Part shown: in pieces, positions 14,237 through 27,393 of the stretch
How positions within the stretch are numbered: the stretch's first letter is position 1
How the letters are laid out: each line of letters begins with the position of its first letter
Assembly (NCBI GenBank): GCA_964016885.1
Contig: OZ024757.1
Location: forward strand, 4,898,001-4,962,000
Origin: Eledone cirrhosa
Taxonomy: Eukaryota
DNA length: 64,000 nt
Direction: 5' to 3'
Program-made: the position numbers and the translations under genes
The notes under the pieces: generated by a model
What the model was told of the DNA's origin: nothing
Seen by the model: only the letters and a program-made list of their open reading frames with translations
Database searches by the model: none

Positions 14237-15124
14237 AGAGGTGTGTCAGAAAAGTTCCAGGACTGATGTCACAAAAGATTTATTTCAAACCCAAACTTCA
14301 CACTAAGAGTTATCTCCTTCAAAGTAATCCCCCTGGAGTATGTAACTGTAATCTTAGCTCTCTGCAGTGATCAAACTTTTTTCTTCATAATTTTATATAC
14401 ATGTCCTCTGTTTCTGGTCGTCAAGCAATGAGCACAGAGCAACGAACAAACTTGAAAACTCCGTCAGAAACACTGGGATTGCTGCAGCAAGTGTATGGAG
14501 ATGAGACGATGTCTCGCTCACGTGTTTTTGAGTGGTGCAAGAGGTTTAAAGAAGGATGCGACGGCGTGGAAGATGACCCCAGGAGCAGAAGGTTCTCAAC
14601 AACCAGGACTGAGGTCAATGTTGAGCGCGTCAGGCAGATGGTGTGTAGCAATCGTCGGCTGACTGTTCGACTGATGGCTAATGAGCTGGGCATGAATCGG
14701 GACAGCGTCTGGAAGATTCTCACTGAAGATTTGGACATGCGGAAAGTCTGCGCAAAGATGGTGCCAAAACTGCTGAACAATGACCAGAAGGGTCGACACA
14801 TGCAAGTGTGCCAGGACATGCTCCAGCGTCTTGAAACTGAACCAGACTTGCTAGGGACAGTCATCACCGGTGATGAGTCATGGATCTTCAACTACGACCA
14901 GGAAGGGACCCGTTTTGAATATGTGGACGACAACAAAAAGGCTGTGACGACGGAACTGCGGAGGGTCCCGGAAGAATCCTTCTATGCAAGCGTGGTAGCA
15001 AATGATGGAAAAGTGTTTTAGACTCCAGGGGGATTACTTTGAAGGAGAAAACTCTTAGTGTGAAGTTTGGGTTTGAAATAAAACTTTTGTGACATCAGTC
15101 CTGGAACTTTTCTGACCCACCTCA
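14237..15124 (+). mobile_element. Mariner DNA transposon with internally deleted transposase
   Basis: ~105-bp TIRs (GAGGTGTGTCAGAAAAGTTCCAGGACTGATGTCACAAAAG...) in TA context. ORF 14401-15021 has an HTH (YGDETMSRSRVFEWCKRFKEG), KVCAKMVPKLL and the first catalytic Asp (ITGDESW), then jumps to the C-terminal GTRF motif. Confidence 0.92.
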
Positions 15125-15149
15125 TATATATATATTATATATACACTGT

Positions 15150-15570
15150 CTACATTATACATTATACACTATATATGTTGTCCATGGGAAACTCAATGGC
15201 TGATAAGCTTGACACTAGTGACATCACAACATATATATACACTGTGTACAGTATATATTATACACTATATATGTTGTCCAAGGGAAAGGTAATGGCTGAT
15301 ACAGCTTGGCACCTGTGACATCACAACATATATACACTATATATATATATACACACTGTGTACAGTATATATTATACACTATATATGTTGTCCAAAGGAA
15401 AGGCAATGTCTGTCACAACTTGGCACCTGTGACATCACAACATATATATATACTATATACACTATAGTATATATACACTGTGTACAATATATATATACAC
15501 TATATATGATGTTGTCCAAGGGAAAGGCAATGGCTGACACAGCTTGGCACCAGTGACATCACAACATATA
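15150..15570 (-). repeat. Tandemly amplified SINE internal segment plus TA-rich spacer (4 copies)
   Basis: gttgtccaagggaaagg.aatggctgatacagcttggcacc.gtgacatcacaac also occurs at 14180-14222, 18289-18342 and 18588-18640. Confidence 0.75.
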
Positions 15571-15589
15571 TATGTAACTTATATCCCAG

Positions 15590-18216
15590 ACTTCCATAGA
15601 TTATTTCTATTCTACAGCTATCTCTCTTCCCCAGTTTCAAAATGTTCTGTTTACATTATTATTATTATCATTCACTTGTTTCCACAACGTATATACTTCG
15701 ACCTTGTTTTTTATATAAACCATGTTGGACATTGTCTCTTTCTCTACAAACTCATCCCTAACCCCCACCATTACCTCCCCTTTCTCCCACTCATTCATTT
15801 CGGTGATTACGAAGCTAGGTGACCATCTTCAAAGTTCTTGCATGCTTGCCTTGTCTAATATGTCTACTTATATCTGCTTATTTCCCCCGAATCTCCTGTG
15901 ATTATATATGTCATGATGGCTACCTATCTCACAATTTCCCACTCACCACCATTGGCTATTTCACCAATCAAACCTCAGCAACATGTCCTTACACATTACC
16001 AGCCCCAACAAACTCTGTCATTACTACTACTGTCCTTCTAGCCCTTACCAGCCCCAACAAACTCTGCCATTGCTACTATTGTCCTTCTAGCCCCAACAAA
16101 CTCTGCATTACTACTACTGTCCTTCTAGCCCTTACTAGCCCCAACAAACTCTGCCATTACTACTACTGTGCTTCTAGCCCTTACCAGCCCCAACAAACTC
16201 TGCCATTGCTTCTACTGTCCTTCTAGCCCTTACCAGCCCCAACAAACTCTGCCATTACTACTACTGTCCTTCTAGCCCTGCACCAAAGAATTCTTGTTTA
16301 CTGTTATGTATGGAGGAGTGAAAGATAAATGGAACAACCCCCTATAAATAAATAAATATAAATCCGCAAGTTACCAAGCACCCATGCAAAGCTTTAATTC
16401 AGAGACAGGAAGCATACACACTCCCCTGCAAAAATTCACCCTCTCCCACAAATGATGGCAAATGTCCAAAACTCTGAGTTGGCAGCATCAACATAAGCAC
16501 AATGAAAGGAAGGGAAGGAGAAATTATAGACATGCTAGAGTGAAAGGATATTGATGTATGCTCTAGGCAAGAGACTAGATGGAGAGGAGAGTCCGCTAGA
16601 GTCCTTGTAGGCAAAAGTTAGTGCTATAAACTTTTCTGGGTGGGAAATGACATGGGATGGGTGGTGTAGGTATACTATTAACTGACAAATGGGTAGATAA
16701 AGTAATAACCACATATTGTTAACCAGGTAATACTAGAGGGTGTCATACCAAAGGATTGGTGCAGCAGCATCATCGTCAACTGCTACAAGGGTAAAGTAGA
16801 TGCACTAGATAGAAGAAACTATAGAGGTATAAAGCTGATGGACCAGGTCATGAACGTAATGGAAAGAGTCATAGCAGAGTTGATCAGGGACTGGGTAAAA
16901 CTAGATGAGATGCAGTTTGGGCTTGTGCCAGGAAAAAGCACCACTGATGCCCTCTTCCTTCTGAGGCAGTTACAGGTAAAGTACCTAGCTAAAAGCAAGC
17001 CGCTCTCCCTGGCTTTTGTCGATATGGAAAAAGTCTTCAACAGAGTGCCCCGTGCTATAATCTGGTGGGCTCTTAGAAAACTAGGAGTAGATTAGTGGCT
17101 TGTGAAAGCTGTACAAGCCATGTATAGGGGAGCAGTCAGCAAAGAGTTAACAATGACTATAGCGGGGAATTTAGCATACAGGTCGGTGTCCACCAGGGCT
17201 CTGTTCTTAGCCCTCTCCTATTTATAATAGTATTGCAGGCTATAACAGAGGAGTTTAAGACCAGATGCCCATAGGAACTCCTATATGTGGATGATCTTAC
17301 ACTTATATCTGCATCTATGGCAGAACTAAAGAAACAAGCACCACCAAACTCTGGGAGAGCTCTGTAGAAACAATAGACAGCTTTTGCTACCTAGATGACC
17401 GAATAAGCAGCGGAGGTGGGTGTTCTGAAAGTACAGTAACCAGGGTAACGACGGGATTGAAGAAGTTCAGGGAGCTATTGCCACTGCTAGCTACAAAAGG
17501 CTTTTCCCTCAAAATGAAAGACAGACAGTATGATGTGTGCATACGAACAGCAATGTTACATGGTAGTGAGACCTCGGCGCTGTGTGTAGAAGACTTGCGT
17601 AGATTAGAAAGAAACGAAGCTTGCATGCTCCGATGGATGTGTAATAGTAATATACATGAACGGCAAAGCATTAACAAATTGAGAGAGAGACTGAGCATAA
17701 GAGGGATCACATGCTGTGTGCAGGAGAGGAGGTTGTGTTGGTATAGACATGTGATGTGTATGAAGGATGAAAGCTACATAAACAGATGCAGAGCACTAGA
17801 AGTCGATGGAAGCCATGGAGTGGGGAGACCCAAGAAGACCTGGGATGAGGTGATGAAAGCTGACCTTACCCAATTGCACCACCCGAAGGCGATGACACCG
17901 GACCATGACCTCTGGCTTCACACAGTAATATAGAAGACCCGACTTCCCACCGGTACAAGCCGAAGCTGAAGCACATAGACAATATGCCCCCACCCCCTCC
18001 CACTGTAAAGTGGCCGTGGAGGTGTCACAACAAAATAGCACCCATCACTCAGTGTGAGGTTGGTGTTAGGAAGGGCATCCAGCTGGAGATATCAAGCCAA
18101 AATCAGTTCCCATCTGAGCAAGACAAGGTCACCCTACCTGGCACTGCCCACAACAGGACAACCTGTCTAACCCATACTACCGTGGAAGAAGGGACGTAAA
18201 ATGGTGATGATGATGA
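15590..18216 (+). mobile_element. Degenerate, internally deleted RTE LINE related to 40027-43140; 50-bp tandem repeat in the 5' UTR (15997-16280)
   Basis: EN start remnant (16460-16710), RT remnant (MQFGLVPGKSTTDA, AFVDMEK), C-terminal AMLHGSET...RPKKTWDE, (GAT)n tail. Many stops. Confidence 0.88.
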
Positions 18217-18640
18217 TATACATATATACATACTGTGTACAGTATATATACACTATATATATTATACAGTATATATACACTATATATATGTCCAAGAAAA
18301 AGGCTATGGCCGATACAGCTTGGGACTTGTGACATCACAACATATATATATATATACAATATATATTATACAGTATATATACATTATATATATTATACAG
18401 TATATATACACTATATATATTATACAGTATATATACACTATATATATTATACAGTATATATACACTATATATAAATATATTATACAGTATATATACACTA
18501 TATATATTATACAGAATATATACACAATATATATTATACAGTATATATACACTATATATATTATACAGAATATATACACTATATATATGTCCAAGAGAAA
18601 GGTTATGGCCGATACAGTTTGGCACCAGTAACATTACAAC

Positions 18641-18778
18641 TCATTTCTACAGTTGAGTAAACTGGAGCAACGTAAAATAGAGTATCTTGCTCAAGGAAAC
18701 AACACAGCACCCGGCCCGAGAAAGGAACTCACCCCCTTTTAATTGTAAGCCCAATCCTCTAACCACTAAGCCAGGATA
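18641..18778 (-). mobile_element. tRNA-derived/CORE-like SINE head
   Basis: Reverse complement reads ggcttagtggttagagg...gagttc...gtgttgtttccttgagcaagatact: A/B box-like motifs plus a CORE-like segment. Confidence 0.8.
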
Positions 18779-19362
18779 CGTTCCAGAAAAACTACCGAGA
18801 TATAGAGAGACCATAAAGACAACCGTTGTTTTCATAGTTTAAGCCTTAAAATACCTCTCATACATGCTTTAAGTACATATAAACTCATTAAAACACACTT
18901 TTGTATTTAAACACCAAAAACAGCCAGTAACGATCGTATAGAAACTACCACCAACCATCACACCACTAGTTACAAATGAGGACTATTGCCAGCCACAGTA
19001 GCCACTTGGTAATACACTGCACATCTCCCGTCAATCTATGAAGGGTTTGTAGTAGATTAGAGCAAAACACAATCAGTAAAACAATAATGGAATGAAAAAT
19101 ATAAACATTTGTTCATAATTAAAGCCTTAAGATGTCCCTTCCTTACGATATACACTTTAATAACATTGAAACTTATTTAATAAGTTTAAATTTTAAACAC
19201 TTTTTATTCAGACGTACCGCGATAAGAAACTAGATATGTTCTAACGAATAATCCGCGATGTGGCGAGGATTACCGCGATAGGAAATTAGATACGTTCCAA
19301 AGAAATATCCGCGATGTAACGGGACCGCGAAAAGTGAACCGCGATATAGCGGGGGATTACTG
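18779..19362. mobile_element. pogo/Tigger-like non-autonomous DNA element, right end preserved
   Basis: Ends ...ccgcgatatagcgggggattactg|TA (TIR CAGTAATCCCCCGCTATATCGCGG). Repeated CCGCGAT subterminal motifs. Confidence 0.55.
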
Positions 19363-19412
19363 TATATATACACACACAACATACATCTATCTATATACAC
19401 CCATAACATATA

Positions 19413-20340
19413 TTTCGATATCTTACATTAAAATGTTGACTGAGGGTGTGGCAACTGTTTCTTGTTTGAGGTTGTTCCAGTGGTTGAAATATAGACGGAG
19501 GTAATTTAAATAATAAAGACAGTCATGATAACAATATATTTTATATCACATGTAACAGTGGAATCTGGTTAATTACTGGATCGTTGTAGGGTTCACATAA
19601 TTATATTATTTACACACATTAATATAGACATTAAGTAAATCTTTGTCAACTTACCTCCTTCACATATAATCAATGTGTTGTGTTGTTAGTTGTTACTAAA
19701 CAACCAAAGAAATAATCTCTTTGTTATCAATTTAGAAGTTTCAATGTTATCAGCTATATTTCACGACATTAACGTTGGTGTATCTTCTTCATCTTTAGTT
19801 ATAAATTGATATCTTGTCAGAATGAAGTAGTGAGGCTGACTTTATGTCTTTAGCTACATATTAGATAGGAAATATATATATATTAGGTTGATATGTGGTC
19901 TAAAATATATATATTGTCTATAAATGACTGATAGCAGATGTTCTGGTGAAATAGTAGTTTTACTACTACAGATTGTAATGGAACTCTTAGTAGACACAAT
20001 TGTAAAGTAAGAATAGATATGACAGTGTAAGACTGATGTCGGGGAATTAAAATTGTGTGTATATATATAATTGTTACACAAGATATAATTAGATTAATTA
20101 AAGTTATAATGAAGACAGCAGGTACCCGGTGTCGTTGAGAATGTTTCAACTCTTGTACCGGTGTCATACCTTAAAAGTCCCTGATATAATTTAATACCTT
20201 CAGACACAGTTCCACTCGTATTTAATTGATTGTAAGTCAGAAAGTATCACTCAGTAAAATATCAATTATACATCAATAAGAAAACCTCTACGTAGTCTCT
20301 CTAACTGCTAGAAATAGCATTGATATTATCCATTACAACT
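19413..20340 (-). promoter_or_regulatory. Putative promoter/first-exon module, copy 2 (candidate 5' end of ZNF 8967-9401)
   Basis: Copy of 95-1131 with an internal deletion. Donor GAG|GTAAGT (GT at 19654-19653). Lies upstream on the same strand as the acceptor at 9737. Confidence 0.55.
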
Positions 20341-20449
20341 TAGTCTTTTGTTTAAAATCTCCAAAGTTTAGTTATACAATCAACAGTATATTTTTTTTAC
20401 AGACTTCGGAATAAACTGGAAGACCGTCAGAATATCATTCTCCCTCTTG

Positions 20450-20568
<119 letters not shown>

Positions 20569-20569
20569 A

Positions 20570-20740
20570 AGGCGGGTAAAATTCCCGAGATCCATGGACG
20601 AGTTCTCTCCAGCGGTCTCTGTCCCTCATTATCGCTGCCATATCCTGCATCTCCAACAGACCAGTGTCTGTCCTTAGGGCATCAACATATGTTAACCTTG
20701 GTCTTCCTCTTCTAGTGTGTCCATGTAGGGGCTCCCAAAT
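20570..20740 (-). mobile_element. RTE-X-type LINE extreme 3' fragment
   Basis: Antisense translation [28 protein letters not shown]...[11 protein letters not shown]. Confidence 0.75.
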
Positions 20741-20934
20741 ATACATACATATATATACATTTAGGTTTGTTGGTTCACCACTGGATAGAACTGGTCATTC
20801 CGTATAGTCAACCTTGATGTAATATTAGGGAGAGCACTCGACGTAATCCTATATTTCAGGTTATTGTTATCATGACTGTCTTTATTATTTGGTCTGAGAG
20901 TCGGCCCTTGTGGCCAATAAATGAAATCATTATT

Positions 20935-21082
20935 TGGTCTGAGTTCAAATCCTGCCGAGGTTAACTTTGCCTTTCATCCTTACGCGGTCGATAAAATAAA
21001 GTACCAGTCACGCACTGGGGTCGATTTAATAGACTTTCCCCTCCCCCCAAATTGCAGGCCTTGTGCCTAAATAAGAAACCAT
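20935..21082 (+). mobile_element. tRNA-derived SINE with Meta-like central domain (5' truncated)
   Basis: B-box gagttcaaatcc followed by tttgcctttcatccttacgcggtcgataaaataaagtaccagt. Superfamily assignment is from memory of the consensus. Confidence 0.7.
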
Positions 21083-21120
21083 TATAACTTTAATTAATCT
21101 AATTATATCTTTTGTGTAAG

Positions 21121-22083
21121 TTGGGGTTAGGGTTAGGGTTAGAGTTGGGGTTAGGGTTAGAGTTGGGGTTAGGGTTAGGGTTGGGGTTAGGGTTAGGGTT
21201 GGGGTTAGTGTTGGGGTTAGGTTTAGGGTTAGAGTTGGGGTTAGGGTTAGGGTTAGAGTTGGGGTTAGGGTTAGAGTTGGGGTTAGGGTTAGGGTTGGAG
21301 TTGGGGTTAGGGTTAGGGTTAGAGTTGGGGTTAGGGTTAGGGTTAGGGTTAGGGTTGGAGTTGGGGTTAGGGTTAGGGTTAGAGTTGGGGTTAGGGTTAG
21401 GGTTAGAGTTGGGGTTAGTGTTGGGGTTAGGGTTAGGGTTAGAGTTGGGGTTAGGGTTAGGGTTAGGGTTGGAGTTGGGGTTAGGGTTAGGGTTAGAGTT
21501 GGGGTTAGGGTTAGGGTTAGGGTTAGGGTTGGAGTTGGGGTTAGGGTTAGGGTTAGAGTTGGGGTTAGGGTTAGGGTTAGAGTTGGGGTTAGTGTTGGGG
21601 TTAGGGTTAGGGTTAGAGTTGGGGTTAGGGTTAGGGTTAGGGTTGGAGTTGGGGTTAGGGTTAGGGTTAGAGTTGGGGTTAGTGTTGGGGTTAGGGTTAG
21701 GGTTAGAGTTGGGGTTAGGGTTAGGGTTAGGGTTGGGGTTAGGGTTAGGGTTAGAGTTGGGGTTAGGGTTAGGGTTAGAGTTGGGGTTGGGGTTAGGGTT
21801 AGAGTTGGGTTTAGGGTTGAGGTTAAGGTTAGGGTTAGGGTTGGAGTTAGGGTTAGGGTTAGTGTTAGGGTTAGGGTTGGGGTTGGGGTTAGGGTTAGGG
21901 TTAGTGTTAGGGTTAGGGTTGGGGTTGGGGTTAGGGTTAGGGTTAAAGTTAGGGTTAGTGTTAGGTTTAGGGTTAGGTTTAGGGTTAGGGTTAGGGTTAG
22001 GGTTAGGGTTGGGGTTGGGGTTGGGGTTAGGGTTAGGGTTAAAGTTAGGGTTAGTGTTAGGTTTAGGGTTAGGGTTAGGGTTA
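21121..22083 (+). repeat. Interstitial telomeric tract (TTAGGG)n with variant hexamers
   Basis: In-phase hexamers TTAGGG, TTGGGG, TTAGAG, TTGGAG, TTAGTG across ~960 bp. Confidence 0.97.
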
Positions 22084-22088
22084 AGCAC

Positions 22089-22602
22089 TAGTAGTAGTAG
22101 TATCAGTATCAGTAGTAGTAGCAGTAGTAGTAGTAGCAGTAGTAGTAATAGTAGTGGTAGTAGTAGCAGTAGTAGCAGTAGTAGTAGCAGTAGTAGTAGT
22201 AGCAGTAGTAGTAATAGTAGTGGTAGTAGTAGCAGTAGTAGTAGTAGCAGTAGCAGTAGCAGTAGTAGTAGTAGTAGTAATAGTAGTGGTAGTAGCAGTA
22301 GTAGTAGTAGTAGCAGTATCAGTGGTAGTAGTAGTAGCAGTAGTAGTAGTATCAGTAGTAGTAGTAATAGTAGTGGTAGTAGTGGTAGTAGTAGTAGTAG
22401 TAGTAGTAGCAGTAGTAGTAGTAGCAGTAGTAGTATCAGTATCAGTAGCAGTAGTAGTAGCAGTAATAGTAGTGGTAGTAGTAATAATAGCAGTAGTAGT
22501 AGTAGTAGTAGTAGCAGTATTAGCAGTAGCAGTAGCAGTAGTAATAGTAGTGGTAGTAGTAGTAGTTATAGTAGTGTTAGTAGTTGTAGTAGCAGTAGTA
22601 GC

Positions 22603-22642
<40 letters not shown>

Positions 22643-22649
22643 ATAGCAT

Positions 22650-22682
<33 letters not shown>

Positions 22683-22752
22683 AAATAGTAGTGTTGGTTG
22701 TAGTGGTGATGGTGGTAGTAGTAGTAGTAGTAGTAGTAGCAGTAGTAGTAGC

Positions 22753-22789
<37 letters not shown>

Positions 22790-22812
22790 TCAATAATAGT
22801 AGTAGCAGTAGC
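22089..22812 (+). repeat. (AGT)n/(AGC)n trinucleotide microsatellite
   Basis: Direct reading. Confidence 0.97.
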
Positions 22813-23682
22813 AGTAACCCCTTAACACGTTGTTGCCATAGTAATAGTAATACTATAGTAGTTGTAGTAGTAGCAGTAGCAGTAACCCCTTAACACGTTG
22901 TTGCCATAGTAATAGTAATACTATAGTAGTTGTAGTAGTAGCAGTAGCAGTAACCCCTTAACACGTTGTTGCCATAGTAATAGTAATACTATAGTAGTTG
23001 TAGTAGTAGCAGTAGCAGTAACCCCTTAACACGTTGTTGCCATAGTAATAGTAATACTATAGTAATTGTAGTAGTAGCAGTAGCAGTAACCCTTTAACAC
23101 GTTGTTGCCATAGTAATAGTAATACTATAGTAGTAGTAGCAGTAGCAGTAACCCCTTAACACGTTGTTGCCATAGTAATAGTAATACTATAGTAGTAGTA
23201 GCAGTAGCAGTAGCAGTAACCCCTTAACACGTTGTTGCCATAGTAATAGTAATACTATAGTAGTTGTAGTAGTAGCAGTAGCAGTAACCCCTTAACACGT
23301 TGTTGCCATAGTAATAGTAATACTATAGTAGTTGTAGTAGTAGCAGTAGCAGTAACCCCTTAACACGTTGTTGCCATAGTAATAGTAATACTATAGTAGT
23401 TGTAGTAGTAGCAGTAGCAGTAACCCCTTAACACGTTGTTGCCATATTAATAGTAATACTATAGTAGTTGTAGTAGTAGCAGTAGCAGTAACCCCTTAAC
23501 ACGTTGTTGCCATAGTAATAGTAATACTATAGTAGTAGTAGCAGTAGCAGTAGCAGTAACCCCTTAACCCGTTGTTGCCATAGTAATAGTAATACTATAG
23601 TAGTTGTAGTAGTAGCAGTAGCAGTAACCCCTTAACACGTTGTTGCCATAGTAATAGTAATACTATAGTAGTTGTAGTAGTA
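22813..23682. repeat. 68-bp minisatellite (~13 copies)
   Basis: aaccccttaacacgttgttgccatagtaatagtaatactatagtag... recurs at 22816, 22884, 22952 and onward. Confidence 0.95.
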
Positions 23683-23828
23683 AGAGAACAAAAGGTTTGT
23701 TGTACAAACTTTTGTTCCATTTTTCTGTTGTTGTTGTTGTTGTTGTTGTTTACAGTGACGGGGGGGGGGGGGGGGGCAAAAGCTAAAAGCAACAACATTA
23801 TCTCTGTTGTTAGTAATATAATTATAAT

Positions 23829-24395
23829 GGCATAGGTTAAGTTTAACGTCCGAGATAATGAAAGTAGATTTTCTGATAAGTGAATCTGTTTGTTTTGTTT
23901 TTTACAATGAAAGTTACGATACAGTTTGTTTATTTACAACAGGTCTCTATAGTGATATGGTGTTAATTAGTATTGCGTGTGTGATTATTTTTTCTTTTTC
24001 TTTTTTTGTGTATTGTGTGTACGGAAAATGACATTGTGTGTTGAAAGAAATACATTTTTTTTTAAATAACTACATAGTTAGACTGTCTAATAAGGATGTT
24101 GATAAGGTAGGTCAATTTATATGTTATATGCAACAAACGTCTAACTATGTAGTTATTTAAAAAAAAATGTATTTCTTTCAACACACAACGTCATTTTCCG
24201 TACACACAATACACAAAAAAAGAAAAAGAAAAAATAATCACACACGCAATACTAATTAACACCATATCACTATAGAGACCTGTTGTAAATAAACAAACTG
24301 TATCGTAACTGTCACTGTAAAAAAAACAAAAAAAACACATTCACTTGTCAGAAAATCTACTTTCATTATCTCGGACGTTAAACTTAACCTATGCC
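23829..24395. mobile_element. Fold-back MITE-like element with ~255-bp inverted arms
   Basis: GGCATAGGTTAAGTTTAACGTCCGAG...CTCGGACGTTAAACTTAACCTATGCC, flanked on both sides by AATATAATTATAAT. Confidence 0.85.
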
Positions 24396-24482
24396 AATAT
24401 AATTATAATTATTTCTACCAGGCAGAAGGCCAAATATAGTTTACGATGTGGTGACGATAGGGGGACGGGGGGACTCAGTATA

Positions 24483-24797
24483 GTACTACTACTACTACTA
24501 CTACTACTACAAATATTTCTACTATTACAACTACGACAACTAATACTACTTATTACTACTTCTACTATTACAACAAGAATTACTACAGCTACTACTACTA
24601 TTATTACTACTACTAATACTACTGTTACTATGACAACAACTACTACTACTACTACTACAACAATAATTACTACTGCTATTACAACTTTAATTACTACTAA
24701 TACTATTACAACTATAATTTACTACTACTATTACTACAACTGCTATTACAACTATAATTACTACTACTGCTATTACTACTACTACTACTACTATAAT

Positions 24798-24850
<53 letters not shown>

Positions 24851-25292
24851 ACTACTATTACAACTATAATTACTACTACTACTATTACAACTATAATTAC
24901 TACAACAACTACTACTACTACTAACTACTATTATAACTAATTACTACTACTACTATTACAACTATAATAACTACAACAACTACTACTACTACTGCTATTA
25001 CTAACTACTATTACAACTATAATTACTACTACTATTACTACAACTACTATTACAACTATAATTACTACAACTACTACTACTACTACTGCTATTACAACTA
25101 TAATTACTACTACTATTACTACAACTGCTATTACAACTATAATTACTACAACAACTACTACTACTACTGCTATTACAACTATAATTACTACAACTGCTAT
25201 TACAACTATAATTACTACAACAACTACTACTACTACTGCTATTACTAACTACTATTACAACTATAATTACGACAACTACTACTACCACCACC
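24483..25292. repeat. (ACT)n-based compound microsatellite
   Basis: Direct reading; opposite orientation to the (AGT)n tract at 22089. Confidence 0.92.
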
Positions 25293-25299
25293 AATATTG

Positions 25300-25623
25300 A
25301 CGCTACGATGAAAGACCAAATTAAATCGACCCCAATAGTAGACTGGTAGTTCATTTAATCCCACCGCTAGAAGTTTAAAAGTTGATCTGGGCACGTAAAG
25401 AGATTTTGCACGAATACCACAAGACACTTTCTGTTCGAAACTCTACCGATTCTGCCAACCCATTCTATTTTCTAACATAAGCATAAGGCAGGCCGCACAT
25501 TTTAGAGGGACGGGTCGGGGTATACTGTGGTTTTTAAACAAGATTCCCTCAGTATTTAACTGGTATCTGCTTTTTAAAGTTTGTATTTGACCAGAAGAGC
25601 TATTTCGATAAGGATAATAATTA

Positions 25624-25685
<62 letters not shown>

Positions 25686-26510
25686 ATGGTTTCTGATTTA
25701 GAGACAAGGCCAACAATGTTGATTAAATCAACCCAGTGCGTTACTGGTACTTTAGTTTATCGACCCAGTAAAGATGAAAGGCAAAGTTTTGAACCCAAAA
25801 CGTAAAGAACCGTTGATGATTTTCTACTTAAGACACAAGACCAGTAATTTGGGGAGAGGTGAAAGTCGCTTAAATCGACACCAGTGCTTTATAAAAGTAC
25901 TACTACTACTAATACTAGTTAATAGTTGTAAAAGTTTGTTTGTTTTTAACTTAGAGGCACAAGACCACAAGTTCTTAAAGTTAGGATGGTCTGTTTTAGT
26001 TCGTTTTAAGTACCCCCTGACCAAGGCCACACTGTGGTGACATGAAGGGTGGGGTTGGCATATGAAACGTCTATTTATTAGTACCTGATTGGTACTTTTC
26101 TTTCCTTTATAGATCGACCCGGCGGGATCTGAACTAAGAACGTTGTGTCCATGACTAAATAAAGACAAGTATATTGTCTGACGGGCGCTCTACCAGTTAT
26201 GCCCCAATATTTCTGATATATATCTTTATCACAAGGACGTTGAATATGGACATCATACAAAAGAAAAATATAAAAAATTAAAAATAAATAACAAAATGTG
26301 AGGGAGCGAGAGGGGGGGGGGTTATATAGAAATATTGTAGGGGAGGGGGGCACTAAAAATAATCGATTCGAAGGATCAATTGATTAGATCAATCCCGGAA
26401 GTATAAAAGACAAAAGTTGATTTCACCGATATTTGAACTGAAAAACGTAACGAGACAAACAGAACAAACACTACAAGTTATTTTGTCCGACGCTCTAACG
26501 ATTCTAATGA
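25300..26510 (-). mobile_element. Cluster of old, degenerate Meta-like SINE copies
   Basis: Repeated actggtactt...ttatcgaccc...gatgaaaggcaaagt remnants at about 25330, 25740, 26090 and 26390. Confidence 0.55.
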
Positions 26511-26582
26511 TATATAATGACACAGACACAACACTTTGTAAGGGTCGATTTAATATATATATATAATTAAGTTTGTATGTAC

Positions 26583-26647
<65 letters not shown>

Positions 26648-26648
<1 letters not shown>

Positions 26649-26846
26649 CGAAGGAAATGTGGTAAGGAACCAGGTGGACCATAACGCACCAAAGTACTCA
26701 ATACTTGAGGTAGTAGAGTGGGTAATAGGAACCAGTAAGACCCCGACAGCTGAGCTCAAGCCGTTTCGACGGCTAATTCTGGACTGAACTAGTCTAGAAT
26801 TAGCCGTCGAAACGGCTTGAGCTCAGCTGTCGGGGTCTTACTGGTT

Positions 26847-26850
<4 letters not shown>
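26648..26850. mobile_element. Fold-back element within (TA)n, with a hammerhead 3' half in each arm
   Basis: Palindrome 26726-26850. Central hairpin followed by GAAA, a 6-bp stem and GUC. Unique left extension contains TATTGAGTAC on the minus strand. Confidence 0.6.
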
Positions 26851-26880
<30 letters not shown>

Positions 26881-26947
26881 AATATAATTGAGTTTATATG
26901 TACATATGTGTGTATATATATATACATATGGGTATATATATATATAC

Positions 26948-27029
<82 letters not shown>

Positions 27030-27030
27030 G

Positions 27031-27099
<69 letters not shown>

Positions 27100-27100
27100 G

Positions 27101-27177
<77 letters not shown>

Positions 27178-27196
27178 GTATATATATATATATATG

Positions 27197-27393
27197 TCAG
27201 GTCACCAGTTGGTGCTACTGGTAACATGTATCCCAGTACAACCTGTCCCATGGTCGGGTCGTTGGCGACTAAACTGGCAACCCCACCAAGGTTTCTTGGT
27301 GAGGAGGGTGACTTTGGACATCCTGCAGGACTAAAAACAAAACCTGTCAAAGGGCAAAGGAGCTCTTAAGAGTCAATGGCCATCCAAAATCAC
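27197..27393 (+). mobile_element. Solo copy of the 5' module of the 2201-5722 LINE
   Basis: Near-identical to 2207-2412; directly follows a (TA)n tract. Confidence 0.85.

Noticed and set aside
21099-22893. Poly-NP, LG, Ser and Val ORFs
   Set aside because: Translations of telomeric and (AGT)n repeats.
22813-23682. CRISPR-like regular repeats (also 54042-55378)
   Set aside because: No unique spacers, no cas genes, eukaryotic context; ordinary minisatellites.
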